This document shows, piece by piece, positions 53,974-64,000 of a stretch of 64,000 nt of DNA (its first letter is position 1; the number at the start of each line of letters is the position of its first letter). The notes under the pieces were generated by a model, which made no database searches, was not told where the DNA came from, and was given only the letters and a program-made list of their open reading frames with translations. The stretch spans positions 1,376,001-1,440,000 of the forward strand of contig OZ250183.1 in NCBI GenBank assembly GCA_965238225.1, given 5' to 3'. Made by a program: the position numbers and the translations under genes. Source of the DNA: Gammaproteobacteria bacterium. GTDB lineage: Bacteria; Pseudomonadota; Gammaproteobacteria; Eutrophobiales; Eutrophobiaceae.

Positions 53974-56063
53974 ATCCTATTTAGAGTGATTGGATTTTCC
54001 ACGTCTATTTGCCACCAAGCCGAATTAGTGCCACTGCCTGCATCCCAGTAGGTAGATCGATAACCATCAATTGCGCCACATGCTGTGGATGAGTTTATGG
54101 ATGCGCTGGCGGTTTTACCAATAGCCAGCCCTTTAATTGGCACAGCTACAGACTCAAGTTCCTCAGGCAAACTGGCAATAATACTGCTGATGGTTCTAGG
54201 GGCAGTAATACTGCTCTGTTGACCCGCATTGGCTACCAGAGCCTCGGGCATATCTGCTAGGGTGCCACTGCCATTGCTATAAATTATGTTGTTGTCTCCT
54301 TGGGTGACATTACACCCATTACAAAAATATCCGCTCAGGCGACCATAGTAATTTGAGGAGATATTATAGACACCGTTTGAATCGAACTGTGCCCCGCGAG
54401 TGCCGTTATCCATGTAGATTCCAAGAGTCATCCTAGTCCCTGATGACGGGAGTTTGCCATCGTGAATCAAATTGGACAGGATTCTCATTTTAGGAGATGC
54501 GCCCAGATTGTAAATGCCGGCGGTATCTCCAAGTTTCTGTGTATAATTATAAATCCTGTTATGGAGAATCAGATTGTCTCGTACAACCGTCGCTGAATTG
54601 TAGGCCTTACCCGTATTGTCCGTAATAAAATTGAAATTATTTACATCATAACGACCCCAGCCCCAGCCGATTGAGATCCCACCAGCAGGCAGATTATGGA
54701 TAGTATTGTTAATGATGACCGTTCGTTCGGTGTAATTCACCTTTAACCCTACTGCATCGTAATATTCTACGCCTACATTATGGATCAGATTATTATCTAT
54801 CAGATTGTCTTTCACTGCCTTGTCTCGGGGGATATGGTGATCCTGCAGGTTACCAATAACCACGGAAGAAGCCGATATATCGGTGAAGGTGTTATTGAAG
54901 ACAGTATTGTATTGAGATGATCTACCCAAACGTAAGCCATTGGCACCTAGGTGTTTGAAGGTATTATCTTCAAACAACAAATAGGATGATTTTTCAAAAT
55001 GTACATTGCCTGGTGTTTCTTCCAAGCCATCGAAAGCATCTTCGATGGTAATATAATCAGGGTCTGTCAAGACAGCACCGGATTGAATGCTGACATAGCC
55101 TTTCGGTGAGCTGGGGAGCAGCCAAGTCGCATAAGAAAACTGTAAGCCTTCAAAGGTGATATCTCGCACACCGATACCATTCACCAGTTTCTCCAGCCTT
55201 GGCAGCACAACCGATACGGCATTTGCACCGGTCATCGATTCACCGCTGCGCGGTTTGTAGTAAAGTGTGTCTGTACTGCGATTGAGATACCATTCTCCTG
55301 CGACATTCAGTTCCTCAAAGACATTTTCCACCCAGGCTGGGTTTACTCCATAAGTCCAGCTGGGAGCTGCGCCTACATTGCCAAAAGGACCCAACTTAGC
55401 CAGCGCCCAATGTTCATCTGTAACTGTTGCCACGCCTCCTGATATAGACTTGATCAGTCCACGATCCATTTTCCAGTTGTGCAGTATTACCAATTCAATA
55501 TCACTTTGATTGGCCCAGTTAGCCGTCCCCGCAGGTGCTCCATATTCACCAGTGCCTCTGTCTTTGTAGTACCACCCACCACCACCGCCAGTTCTGGCGC
55601 GCGTAGCACGCTTACCATTAACATAAAGCTGGCGGGCATGGGACTCCGAAGACACGGATGCCTGCCAGATACCATCATTGTCGGGGTCTGTCCAAGCAGT
55701 GATCACACTGCCGCCACTGATAATTACTTGCCCTGGATTTTGAGCCTTATATATGACCTTATAGCCGTCTTTTCCTGAATCTAGGGAAGTCAGACTAAAA
55801 GTCTTTGACAATTCATAGGTGCCATCCTGCAAAATAACATACACGTCACCGCTGAAACTGTCGGTTTGTCGACCATCACGAATGTAATCTCGAGCTTTCT
55901 CCAGTGTCTTCCAAGGCGAAGCACTGGTACCCGTATTTGAATCACTGCCAGACGGCGCAAGGTAGAGGGTTGTTTCTGCCATTGAGGCTGTACTGAATAA
56001 TACGCAAACAGTGCACAATGCACAAACAACACTGACTGGAGATGCCTTATTCCAACTAGTCAT
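53670..56063 (-). CDS. Gene F: secreted right-handed beta-helix protein (GH141-like glycosidase candidate) with C-terminal F5/8-type C (discoidin)-like domain
   Basis: Signal peptide; YLAPSGSDSNTGT...PWKTLEKARD; ARQLYVNGKRATRAR; GEWYLNR; Asn/Ile beta-helix repeats; GISIGWGW; AIDG...TYW...WWQIDV...YIRINIT. Confidence 0.8.
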   Translation of the reverse strand: MTSWNKASPVSVVCALCTVCVLFSTASMAETTLYLAPSGSDSNTGTSASPWKTLEKARDYIRDGRQTDSFSGDVYVILQDGTYELSKTFSLTSLDSGKDGYKVIYKAQNPGQVIISGGSVITAWTDPDNDGIWQASVSSESHARQLYVNGKRATRARTGGGGGWYYKDRGTGEYGAPAGTANWANQSDIELVILHNWKMDRGLIKSISGGVATVTDEHWALAKLGPFGNVGAAPSWTYGVNPAWVENVFEELNVAGEWYLNRSTDTLYYKPRSGESMTGANAVSVVLPRLEKLVNGIGVRDITFEGLQFSYATWLLPSSPKGYVSIQSGAVLTDPDYITIEDAFDGLEETPGNVHFEKSSYLLFEDNTFKHLGANGLRLGRSSQYNTVFNNTFTDISASSVVIGNLQDHHIPRDKAVKDNLIDNNLIHNVGVEYYDAVGLKVNYTERTVIINNTIHNLPAGGISIGWGWGRYDVNNFNFITDNTGKAYNSATVVRDNLILHNRIYNYTQKLGDTAGIYNLGASPKMRILSNLIHDGKLPSSGTRMTLGIYMDNGTRGAQFDSNGVYNISSNYYGRLSGYFCNGCNVTQGDNNIIYSNGSGTLADMPEALVANAGQQSSITAPRTISSIIASLPEELESVAVPIKGLAIGKTASASINSSTACGAIDGYRSTYWDAGSGTNSAWWQIDVENPITLNRIGLAFGRANADGSPNYTRQNITYQIQTSADGTNWTAQTMYQGGYGQSSVSETQTLTTKQSTSDVLIKNDPTGVRYIRINITDAANQHFGILRFSYNNNNLE

Positions 56064-56253
56064 GAGAAATACCTCTGTCTTTGAACTTACCTTAAAACCT
56101 TAGCCCTTACATGTTTTATATTGTATTGCCTATATAAACAGCAATACCTACATAAACAACCAACTGCAAAAACCTTAGCCTGTCTTTATGCAAGCAAAAT
56201 GCAAGCAAATAGTAATGATTAAATCCTATTACCAATAACCATATTGACTCCTG

Positions 56254-56790
56254 AACTATACAACTATACAACTATACAACTATACAACTATACAACTATA
56301 CAACTATAAACTACAATATACAACTATACAATATACAACTATACAACTATACAACTATACAACTATACAACTATACAACTATACAACTATACAACTATAC
56401 AACTATACAACTATACAACTATACAACTATACAACTATACAACTATACAACTATACAACTATACAACTATACAACTATACAACTATACAACTATACAACT
56501 ATACAACTATACAACTATACAACTATACAACTATACAACTATACAACTATACAACTATACAACTATACAACTATACAACTATACAACTATACAACTATAT
56601 ACAACTATACAACTATACAACTATACAACTATACAACTATACAACTATACAACTATACAACTATACAACTATACAACTATACAACTATACAACTATACAA
56701 CTATACAACTATACAACTATACAACTATACAACTATACAACTATACAACTATACAACTATACAACTATACAACTATACAACTATACAACT
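56254..56790. repeat. 8-bp microsatellite (CAACTATA)n, ~67 units, non-coding
   Basis: 537 bp read directly, with a few imperfect units. Confidence 0.97.
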
Positions 56791-56924
56791 GACTCTGACT
56801 GCCTGAACCGATACAGGTTCAATAACATCTAAAATATAGAACATCTAAAATATAGCTTTAAATCTTGTTTTATTCCCCAGATCCTACTCTACGCCTGAAC
56901 CATTTAACTTACAACACCCATCAA

Positions 56925-57491
56925 TCAACCATTATTATTATACGAGAACCTGAGAATACCAAAGTGCTGATTGGCAGCGTCGGTGATGTTGACTCGAATA
57001 TACCGAACTCCTGTTGGATTATTCTTGATGAGTACATCACTGGTAGACTGCTTGGTAGTCAGTGTTTGCGTTTCAGAAACCGAAGATTGCCCGTATCCAC
57101 CTTGGTACATAGTCTGAGCAGTCCAGTTTGTGCCATCTGCTGATGTCTGGATCTGATAAGTAATATTTTGCCTGGTGTAGTTTGGGCTGCCATCTGCATT
57201 CGCTCGACCAAAAGCAAGTCCTGCAGTGCCTGTGATGACAGGGGTTGTTGCAACGACTTGAAGAACGCCTACTTGCGCACTCCATGTGTTTCCACTAACA
57301 ACAGGTGTATTGGTAGCAACACCGTTTACCGTTACAGAGTCTAGTGTCTCGCTGGCAGTAATAAGTGTGCCTGTGATTGTTGGTGTTGTATCGTTGGTCG
57401 TTAGTTTATCCACCGTGACAGCATGTGCCGCCTGCGTAAACAAAACTGCAGACACTACAACCAGCACTAAACGTTTCAGTAATTTCGTCAT
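56925..57491 (-). CDS. Array gene G: chimera of adhesin signal peptide and partial Ig domain fused to the last ~95 aa of gene F
   Basis: N-terminus VTVDKLTTNDTTPTITGT resembles A/B/C; C-terminus GLAFGRANADG...FSYNNN is nearly identical to F; GAGG RBS upstream. Confidence 0.75.
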   Translation of the reverse strand: MTKLLKRLVLVVVSAVLFTQAAHAVTVDKLTTNDTTPTITGTLITASETLDSVTVNGVATNTPVVSGNTWSAQVGVLQVVATTPVITGTAGLAFGRANADGSPNYTRQNITYQIQTSADGTNWTAQTMYQGGYGQSSVSETQTLTTKQSTSDVLIKNNPTGVRYIRVNITDAANQHFGILRFSYNNNG

Positions 57492-57803
57492 ACAGTATAA
57501 AGTCCTCTTCTTATACAGTTATATGTTACCTTCATACAAGATATGTAAATATAAAATATTCTCAAAGGTCTTGTAATTGTTCTGTCGTTTGCTTCTTAAG
57601 CCAATTATTCTGAAGTATAGCCTTTTAGTATCGTTTGAATGGTAATAGTTCCAAAAATATTGATGAAAAATCCAAAAAATTTAATGAAAAGAACATCTTA
57701 CAGCTGGCCAAACAGGTCTCCGAGTTCAGGCTTATTATTCTCGTGAATTTAACTTGTAAATTTCATTTAATCATTTTTAAGGGTATGTTAATGAGGGGCT
57801 TGC

Positions 57804-59945
57804 TTAAACTAACTCAAAATCAATTTTTTTATCATCTAAACTGACGTTCATTACCTTGACTTTTGCCCTATTTCCCAAGCAATAATTTTTTCCTGTGCGC
57901 TCTCCGGTGAGCCTGTGTCCGATGGGGTCAAAATGGTAATAATCTTCAGGTAATTCTGTAATATGAATAAGTCCTTCAACATAAGTGCTGTCTAACTCAA
58001 CAAATAATCCAAATGAAGTCACGCCACTGATTGTGCCCTCGTAGCACGAGCCCACTTTGCCTTGCATGAATTCACATTTATACCATTGAATCACATCTCT
58101 ACTGGCTTCTTCAGCGCGCCTGTCCGTTGCAGAACAATGTTTCGCAATACTGCGCATGTCTTTATTTGAATAAATAAAATCTGTTGTATTTTTATTGTGA
58201 ATCAAATGTCGAATTGCTCTATGTATTATTAAATCTGGATAACGCCTGATGGGGGATGTGAAATGTGTATAGGCTGGAAATGATAATCCGAAATGACCCT
58301 CGTTTTTCTCACTGTAAATGGCTAGCTGCATACTACGCAATAATACTGTTTCGATTAAATGCGCATCTTCCCTGTCTTTTACCTTATTGATAAGGTTAGC
58401 ATACTCTTTCGCAGTAGGCTGTGCAGTGCTTTCCAGACTCAGACCCAATTGACTAAGAAACCCATGCAATGCTTCTAGTTTTTCTGCCTTGGGTGTTTCA
58501 TGCACTCTGTAAATGCAAGGAATTTTATGCTTTAAAAGAAATTCTGCTGCTGCAATATTTGCTGCTAACATAAATTCTTCAATCAGACGATGGGCATCAT
58601 TTCTTTCAAGCGCATATATAGAAGACACAGTATGCTCATCAGTAAACTCAAAACAGGGTTCAACTGATCTAAAATCAAGAACGCCGTTCTTTTCTCTGTG
58701 TTTGTTTAATGATTTGTATAAATCATAGAGATTCTCTAAGTGCGGAATACATTTTTTATATTGCTTGCGTAGTTGTTTGTCTTGATTTATTAAGATGTTG
58801 GCGACTTTGGTGTAAGTGAGTCTTTCTGCGGACTGCATAACGCCCTCAAAGAAACGATAACGTGTGACCTTGCCCTGCTTATTAACATGAAGCTCGCAGG
58901 CAAGACATAATCGATCTATTTTTGGGTTCAAGGAACACAATTCATTGGAAAGTATTTCAGGCAGCATAGGAACTACATGCTTAGGAAAATAAGTAGAATT
59001 TCCACGATTTAATGCTTCATCATCCATAGCCATGCCCGGACGCACATAGTGAGATACATCTGCAATCGCGACTAATAAACGCCACCCAGAGTTTTGCCGT
59101 TCGCAAAAGACGGCATCATCAAAATCTTGTGCGTCTTCACCGTCAATAGTGAGCAATGGTAGATTTCGTATGTCTTCTCTGCTGCCTAAAGCATCAGCAG
59201 CAACTATATTCGTAAACTTGGCAGTTTCCGTCAACACTTTATTTGGCCATTCATTGGGGATTTCGTGCGATCTAATAGCAATCTCAACAGCCATTCCTGC
59301 TTCTGAATGTTCGCCTAAAATTTCTACGATTTTTCCTACAGGCTGGGTATGTTTATCAGGTTGTTTGGTAATATCTACTACCACATATTGTCCTGTTTTT
59401 GCTTGCCGTGCTGTTGGTTTAGGAATCAAGATATCTTGATGAATACGTTTGTTTTGAGGCACTACAAAAGCAACGCCATGTTCTTCAAAAAAACGTCCGA
59501 CGATGGACTGGTTTGCACGTTGCAAAATTTCAACCATAGCGCCTTCTTTGCGACCACGTTTGTCGATGCCAATAAGGCGCGCAATAATTCTGTCGCCATG
59601 CAATAAACCCTGCATTTGTCGAGGCGATAAATAAAAATCATCCGCTTCATCTTCAATATTGAGAAACCCATAGCCTTTGCTATGACCAATCACCGTGCCT
59701 TGATATAAGTCCATTTTATGCACTAAGCCATAAGCTCCACGACGATTAAGGACGATTTGACCATCACGCTGCATGGCTTTAATGCGTCGCAATAGTGCTT
59801 GTCGTGCCTCGCTGCCATTAACGCCCAAGGCATCTGCAATCTTTTTTAATGTTCTGGGTCGGTTACATTCTGTGAGGTGAGTAAGTATCTCTTGCCGTTT
59901 CGGCAAACTAATTTTGTAAGTATTTTTTTTATAATCTGATTTCAT
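57804..59945 (-). CDS. rnr: Ribonuclease R
   Basis: TIDGEDAQDFDDAV, HFTSPIRRYPDL, S1 domain; ATG at 59945 preferred (the longer ORF call runs through the tRNA). Confidence 0.97.
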   Translation of the reverse strand: MKSDYKKNTYKISLPKRQEILTHLTECNRPRTLKKIADALGVNGSEARQALLRRIKAMQRDGQIVLNRRGAYGLVHKMDLYQGTVIGHSKGYGFLNIEDEADDFYLSPRQMQGLLHGDRIIARLIGIDKRGRKEGAMVEILQRANQSIVGRFFEEHGVAFVVPQNKRIHQDILIPKPTARQAKTGQYVVVDITKQPDKHTQPVGKIVEILGEHSEAGMAVEIAIRSHEIPNEWPNKVLTETAKFTNIVAADALGSREDIRNLPLLTIDGEDAQDFDDAVFCERQNSGWRLLVAIADVSHYVRPGMAMDDEALNRGNSTYFPKHVVPMLPEILSNELCSLNPKIDRLCLACELHVNKQGKVTRYRFFEGVMQSAERLTYTKVANILINQDKQLRKQYKKCIPHLENLYDLYKSLNKHREKNGVLDFRSVEPCFEFTDEHTVSSIYALERNDAHRLIEEFMLAANIAAAEFLLKHKIPCIYRVHETPKAEKLEALHGFLSQLGLSLESTAQPTAKEYANLINKVKDREDAHLIETVLLRSMQLAIYSEKNEGHFGLSFPAYTHFTSPIRRYPDLIIHRAIRHLIHNKNTTDFIYSNKDMRSIAKHCSATDRRAEEASRDVIQWYKCEFMQGKVGSCYEGTISGVTSFGLFVELDSTYVEGLIHITELPEDYYHFDPIGHRLTGERTGKNYCLGNRAKVKVMNVSLDDKKIDFELV

Positions 59946-59974
59946 TGACAAGCTTTCTATGGTTATATTAGAAT
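59945..59974 (+). promoter_or_regulatory. Sigma70 promoter of tRNA-Leu, overlapping the rnr start codon
   Basis: TTGACA-18 nt-TAGAAT, 30 nt upstream of the tRNA. Confidence 0.6.
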
Positions 59975-60004
59975 CCACCGCTTTTTCTAAACATAACACT
60001 TCAT

Positions 60005-60091
60005 GCCGAGGTGGCGGAATTGGTAGACGCGCCAGCTTCAGGTGCTGGTATGGGTAACCATGTGGAGGTTCAAGTCCTCTTCTCGGCACCA
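60005..60091 (+). tRNA. tRNA-Leu(CAG)
   Basis: GCCGAGG acceptor, GGAATTGGTAGAC D-loop, CCAGC-TT-CAG-GT-GCTGG anticodon arm, long variable arm, GGTTCAAGTCC, CCA. Confidence 0.97.
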
Positions 60092-60231
60092 TTTAATTGC
60101 TTTGTTTAATTGCTTTGTTAGATTCGGCTGCATTTATTTAATTCCATTATATCTGATTCCGCCGGGTTTAATTTTCATAAAATTAACGCTCAAACGAGAA
60201 AAATCAGGGGCTATGATTAGAAATCCGCTGA

Positions 60232-61536
<1,305 letters not shown>

Positions 61537-61577
61537 TTAAAGTAGTGCGATTAGTCTTGGAATGATTGGTGGTGATT

Positions 61578-62759
61578 TTATTGTAAGACAACAGTCCATT
61601 TTTTATCTTTATACTCAAGCTGCCTGTCGCAACCCATAGCTTCTGGCGTATCATTTTGCTGTGGTAACTCACAAATAACGATTTCACCTTGGCTGCGTAA
61701 GTTGTTGATTGCTTCCATCTGGTCAGGCTCATCACTGTATGGTGCGTAGATACCCATTCTGTTCTCAGGCGCAAACTCGCTCAAACCAAGCAATGTTTTA
61801 ATGTCTGTACTAAACCCAGTGGCTGGACGCGCGCGCCCAAAGGCGCTGCCAATATCATCATATCTCCCGCCGAAGGCAATGCCTTGGCCATTGCCTGGCA
61901 TATAGGCTGTAAAAACGATGCCTGTGTGGTAGTGATAACCGCGTAACTCGGAACAATCAAAATTAAATGTTACATCAAGCATTCTTTTACTTACCAAACC
62001 AATGATGTTTTGCAATTCGTCCAGATACTCCTTTGCCTCTGGATTAATACCTTCAAAACACACTCTGGCTTCTTTGAATTCATTGATTGAACCATGCAGA
62101 GTAATTAATGCCTTAAACATCTGCCCTGTTTCGCTGGATAAAGACCCTGAAAAAATCATATCATCTAATTCTGACATTGCCTTACGTTGGAACACATCAA
62201 ATAATTCCGCCTCTAAATCATTATCCAAATTTGCTAATTTAAGTAAATTGTTATAAACACCAACATGCCCAAGATCAACATGAATATTTTTTATGCCTGC
62301 TTTCTTTAGTGTTTCAATCATAAGACACAAGACTTCTGCATCACTTTCAAATCCTTTATGTCCGTATAATTCAGCGCCTATTTGTAATGGGCTGCGATTA
62401 CCGCCTGTATTTTCAGGGCGTGTATGCAAAACTGTTCCGAAATAACATAATCTTGTCGGTACTTGTCGTTTTAAGATATGCGCATCAATCCTTGCAATCT
62501 GTGGTGTTGTATCTGCACGTACGCCCATTAAGCGACCGCTTATCTGATCAGTTAATTTAAATATTTGCAAATCTAAATCTTCTCCCGTTCCCGTCAGCAA
62601 GGAGTCCATATACTCAATCATCGGTGGAATGACCAGCTGATAACCACAGCTCGTATATAGATCAATAATTTCACGACACAGCCTATCCATTTGCTCAGAA
62701 CAAGGCGGCAGAATCTCCTCTATTCCTTCAGGTAATATCCAACTATTCTTAGTTCTCAT
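61578..62759 (-). CDS. hisZ: ATP phosphoribosyltransferase regulatory subunit
   Basis: WILPEGIEEILP, RADTTPQIARIDAH, ELRGYHYHTG, GGRYD, RPATGFS; upstream of purA. Confidence 0.96.
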   Translation of the reverse strand: MRTKNSWILPEGIEEILPPCSEQMDRLCREIIDLYTSCGYQLVIPPMIEYMDSLLTGTGEDLDLQIFKLTDQISGRLMGVRADTTPQIARIDAHILKRQVPTRLCYFGTVLHTRPENTGGNRSPLQIGAELYGHKGFESDAEVLCLMIETLKKAGIKNIHVDLGHVGVYNNLLKLANLDNDLEAELFDVFQRKAMSELDDMIFSGSLSSETGQMFKALITLHGSINEFKEARVCFEGINPEAKEYLDELQNIIGLVSKRMLDVTFNFDCSELRGYHYHTGIVFTAYMPGNGQGIAFGGRYDDIGSAFGRARPATGFSTDIKTLLGLSEFAPENRMGIYAPYSDEPDQMEAINNLRSQGEIVICELPQQNDTPEAMGCDRQLEYKDKKWTVVLQ

Positions 62760-62798
62760 TACATCGTTTTTTCAAACTGATTAATTTTTATTTGGAAA

Positions 62799-62984
62799 TT
62801 AACGAACCAGATAAAGCAACACTAAACCGGATAACATGCTTGTTAATCCCATAAATCGCATTTTTTTATCTTCCATATTTGCAAAGAGAATCAACATCTT
62901 CCGAAAACTATCAGGATTGCAAAACGGCATAAAACCTTCGATGATGAAAACCAGAGCTATTGCCGTTAAAAACTCACTCCACAT
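62799..62984 (-). CDS. DUF2065 (YjeT) family membrane protein
   Basis: AIALVFIIEGFMPF..P motif; position between hflC and hisZ. Confidence 0.9.
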   Translation of the reverse strand: MWSEFLTAIALVFIIEGFMPFCNPDSFRKMLILFANMEDKKMRFMGLTSMLSGLVLLYLVR

Positions 62985-63084
62985 AAAACCTTCCTGCAAT
63001 CATTTTTGTTGCTCACACAAAGCCTGTCAAAGACGCCTTGGTTCCATCTCAAGGGTCTCCTTAGGTTTGATCCGGAGTTTAGAT

Positions 63085-63948
63085 TTATCGACCTTGTGGA
63101 TGAGTAAAATATTTAAAGAAATCCGAGTCAGGAGATATTAACAGGATATCGTTTTTTCCATCAAAACTGTTCTGATATGCCGAGAAACTTCTATACATGG
63201 CATAAAATTCTTTATCTTTGCTAAAGGCAACCGCATAAGTTTCAGTGGCTTGTGCATCACCCTCACCTCGGACTATTTCAGCATCACGATAAGCGTTGGC
63301 CAAGATTATTTCTCGTTCCCTGTCAGCTGCTGCGCTAATTCTTTCCGCCGCTTCTTCGCCTCGCGCACGGAAGTCTTTAGCAACCCGCAAACGCTCCGCA
63401 CGCATTCTCTCATAAACAGAATCGCTAACTTCTTCTGGCAAATCAATTCTCTTGGTTCTGATATCAATTACAGTTATCCCCAGTTCCTGCGGTAATTGAG
63501 ATATTGTTGATGCAACTGCATCAAATATTTCACCGCGTTCACCAGCCACCACTTCTTGCACAGTTTTCTTTCCGAACTCGTCACGCAGTGCTCGAGTAAT
63601 TCTCTGTTCAAGCAATTCATTTGCGTATGGGACATCGCCGCCAAGAGATATTGTATAAAATTTACTAACGTCAGAAATACGCCATTTAACGTAATAGTCA
63701 ACAATTACATCTTTTTTCTCTTTCGTTAGAAAACGCTGTGGTGCCTGGTCGAGATTTAACAGTCTCGCTTCAAAGGTCTGTGATGTATTTACACCGGGCA
63801 TCTTAAGATGCAGACCTGATTTGTAATCTGCTCTCTCTATTTCACGGAATTTAAAAACAATTGCCTGTTCCCATTGTTCAACTTTAAACAAAGACACCGA
63901 AGCAAGCAACGTCAACACAACAATCGAAATAATAATCTTTGGTATCAT
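63085..63948 (-). CDS. hflC: FtsH modulator HflC
   Basis: SPFH domain, KRIDLPEEVS..VYERMRAER, RGEGDA. Confidence 0.97.
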   Translation of the reverse strand: MIPKIIISIVVLTLLASVSLFKVEQWEQAIVFKFREIERADYKSGLHLKMPGVNTSQTFEARLLNLDQAPQRFLTKEKKDVIVDYYVKWRISDVSKFYTISLGGDVPYANELLEQRITRALRDEFGKKTVQEVVAGERGEIFDAVASTISQLPQELGITVIDIRTKRIDLPEEVSDSVYERMRAERLRVAKDFRARGEEAAERISAAADREREIILANAYRDAEIVRGEGDAQATETYAVAFSKDKEFYAMYRSFSAYQNSFDGKNDILLISPDSDFFKYFTHPQGR

Positions 63949-63950
63949 AA

Positions 63951-64000
63951 TTAACGTACCTCTCTATTTCTATTTCTACTTCTAATCTGTTTAGAGGCGG
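63951..64000 (-). CDS. hflK: 3' end of HflK (partial)
   Basis: ...ASKQIRSRNRNREVR* Arg-rich tail ending 2 nt before hflC; assigned by synteny. Confidence 0.75.
   Translation of the reverse strand, partial: ASKQIRSRNRNREVR

Noticed and set aside
27540-57803. Integrative element or prophage at tRNA-Gln
   Set aside because: No integrase or phage genes, and no duplicate of the tRNA 3' end seen at the far boundary
57635-57844. ORF with DEKSKKFNEKN resembling a RmuC segment
   Set aside because: Short, Lys-rich low-complexity match with a TTG start and no other similarity; likely chance
59946-60092. N-terminal extension of RNase R in the ORF track
   Set aside because: It is the antisense of tRNA-Leu and its promoter; ATG at 59945 is the plausible start

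Overview
AT-rich gammaproteobacterial chromosome segment, probably marine (inference). Two housekeeping blocks flank an accessory region. Left block (1-27.6 kb): lgt 5' part, YyaL-like, pckG, PfkB kinase, NnrU, PQQ-type dehydrogenase, uvrA, MFS, ssb, MFS, pyk, DUF934-cysI, zapE, YugP-like, rmuC, degQ, a collapsed hsp20 remnant, DUF47-pit, coq7, rplM-rpsI, tRNA-Gln. Right block (57.8-64 kb): rnr, tRNA-Leu, purA, hisZ, DUF2065, hflC, hflK 3' end. Between them lies a ~30 kb region with no integrase or transposase. It holds a lone type IV pilin and a co-oriented minus-strand array of six paralogous Ig-like-repeat surface-protein genes (A, B, C, D, E, G) plus a beta-helix glycosidase-like gene (F). 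Two paralogues end in near-identical autotransporter beta-barrels. Two giant paralogues have lost the barrel but keep a fossil of its last strand downstream. Two are stubs, one fused to the glycosidase C-terminus. The most striking signal is one Ig-like domain type, present in about 25 copies, with a constant framework and two hypervariable aromatic-rich segments that are reassorted combinatorially between copies. Tandem repeats at many scales (8, 12, 15, 17, 279, 330, 927 bp) accompany it. Some frameshifts and repeat counts could be assembly artefacts.
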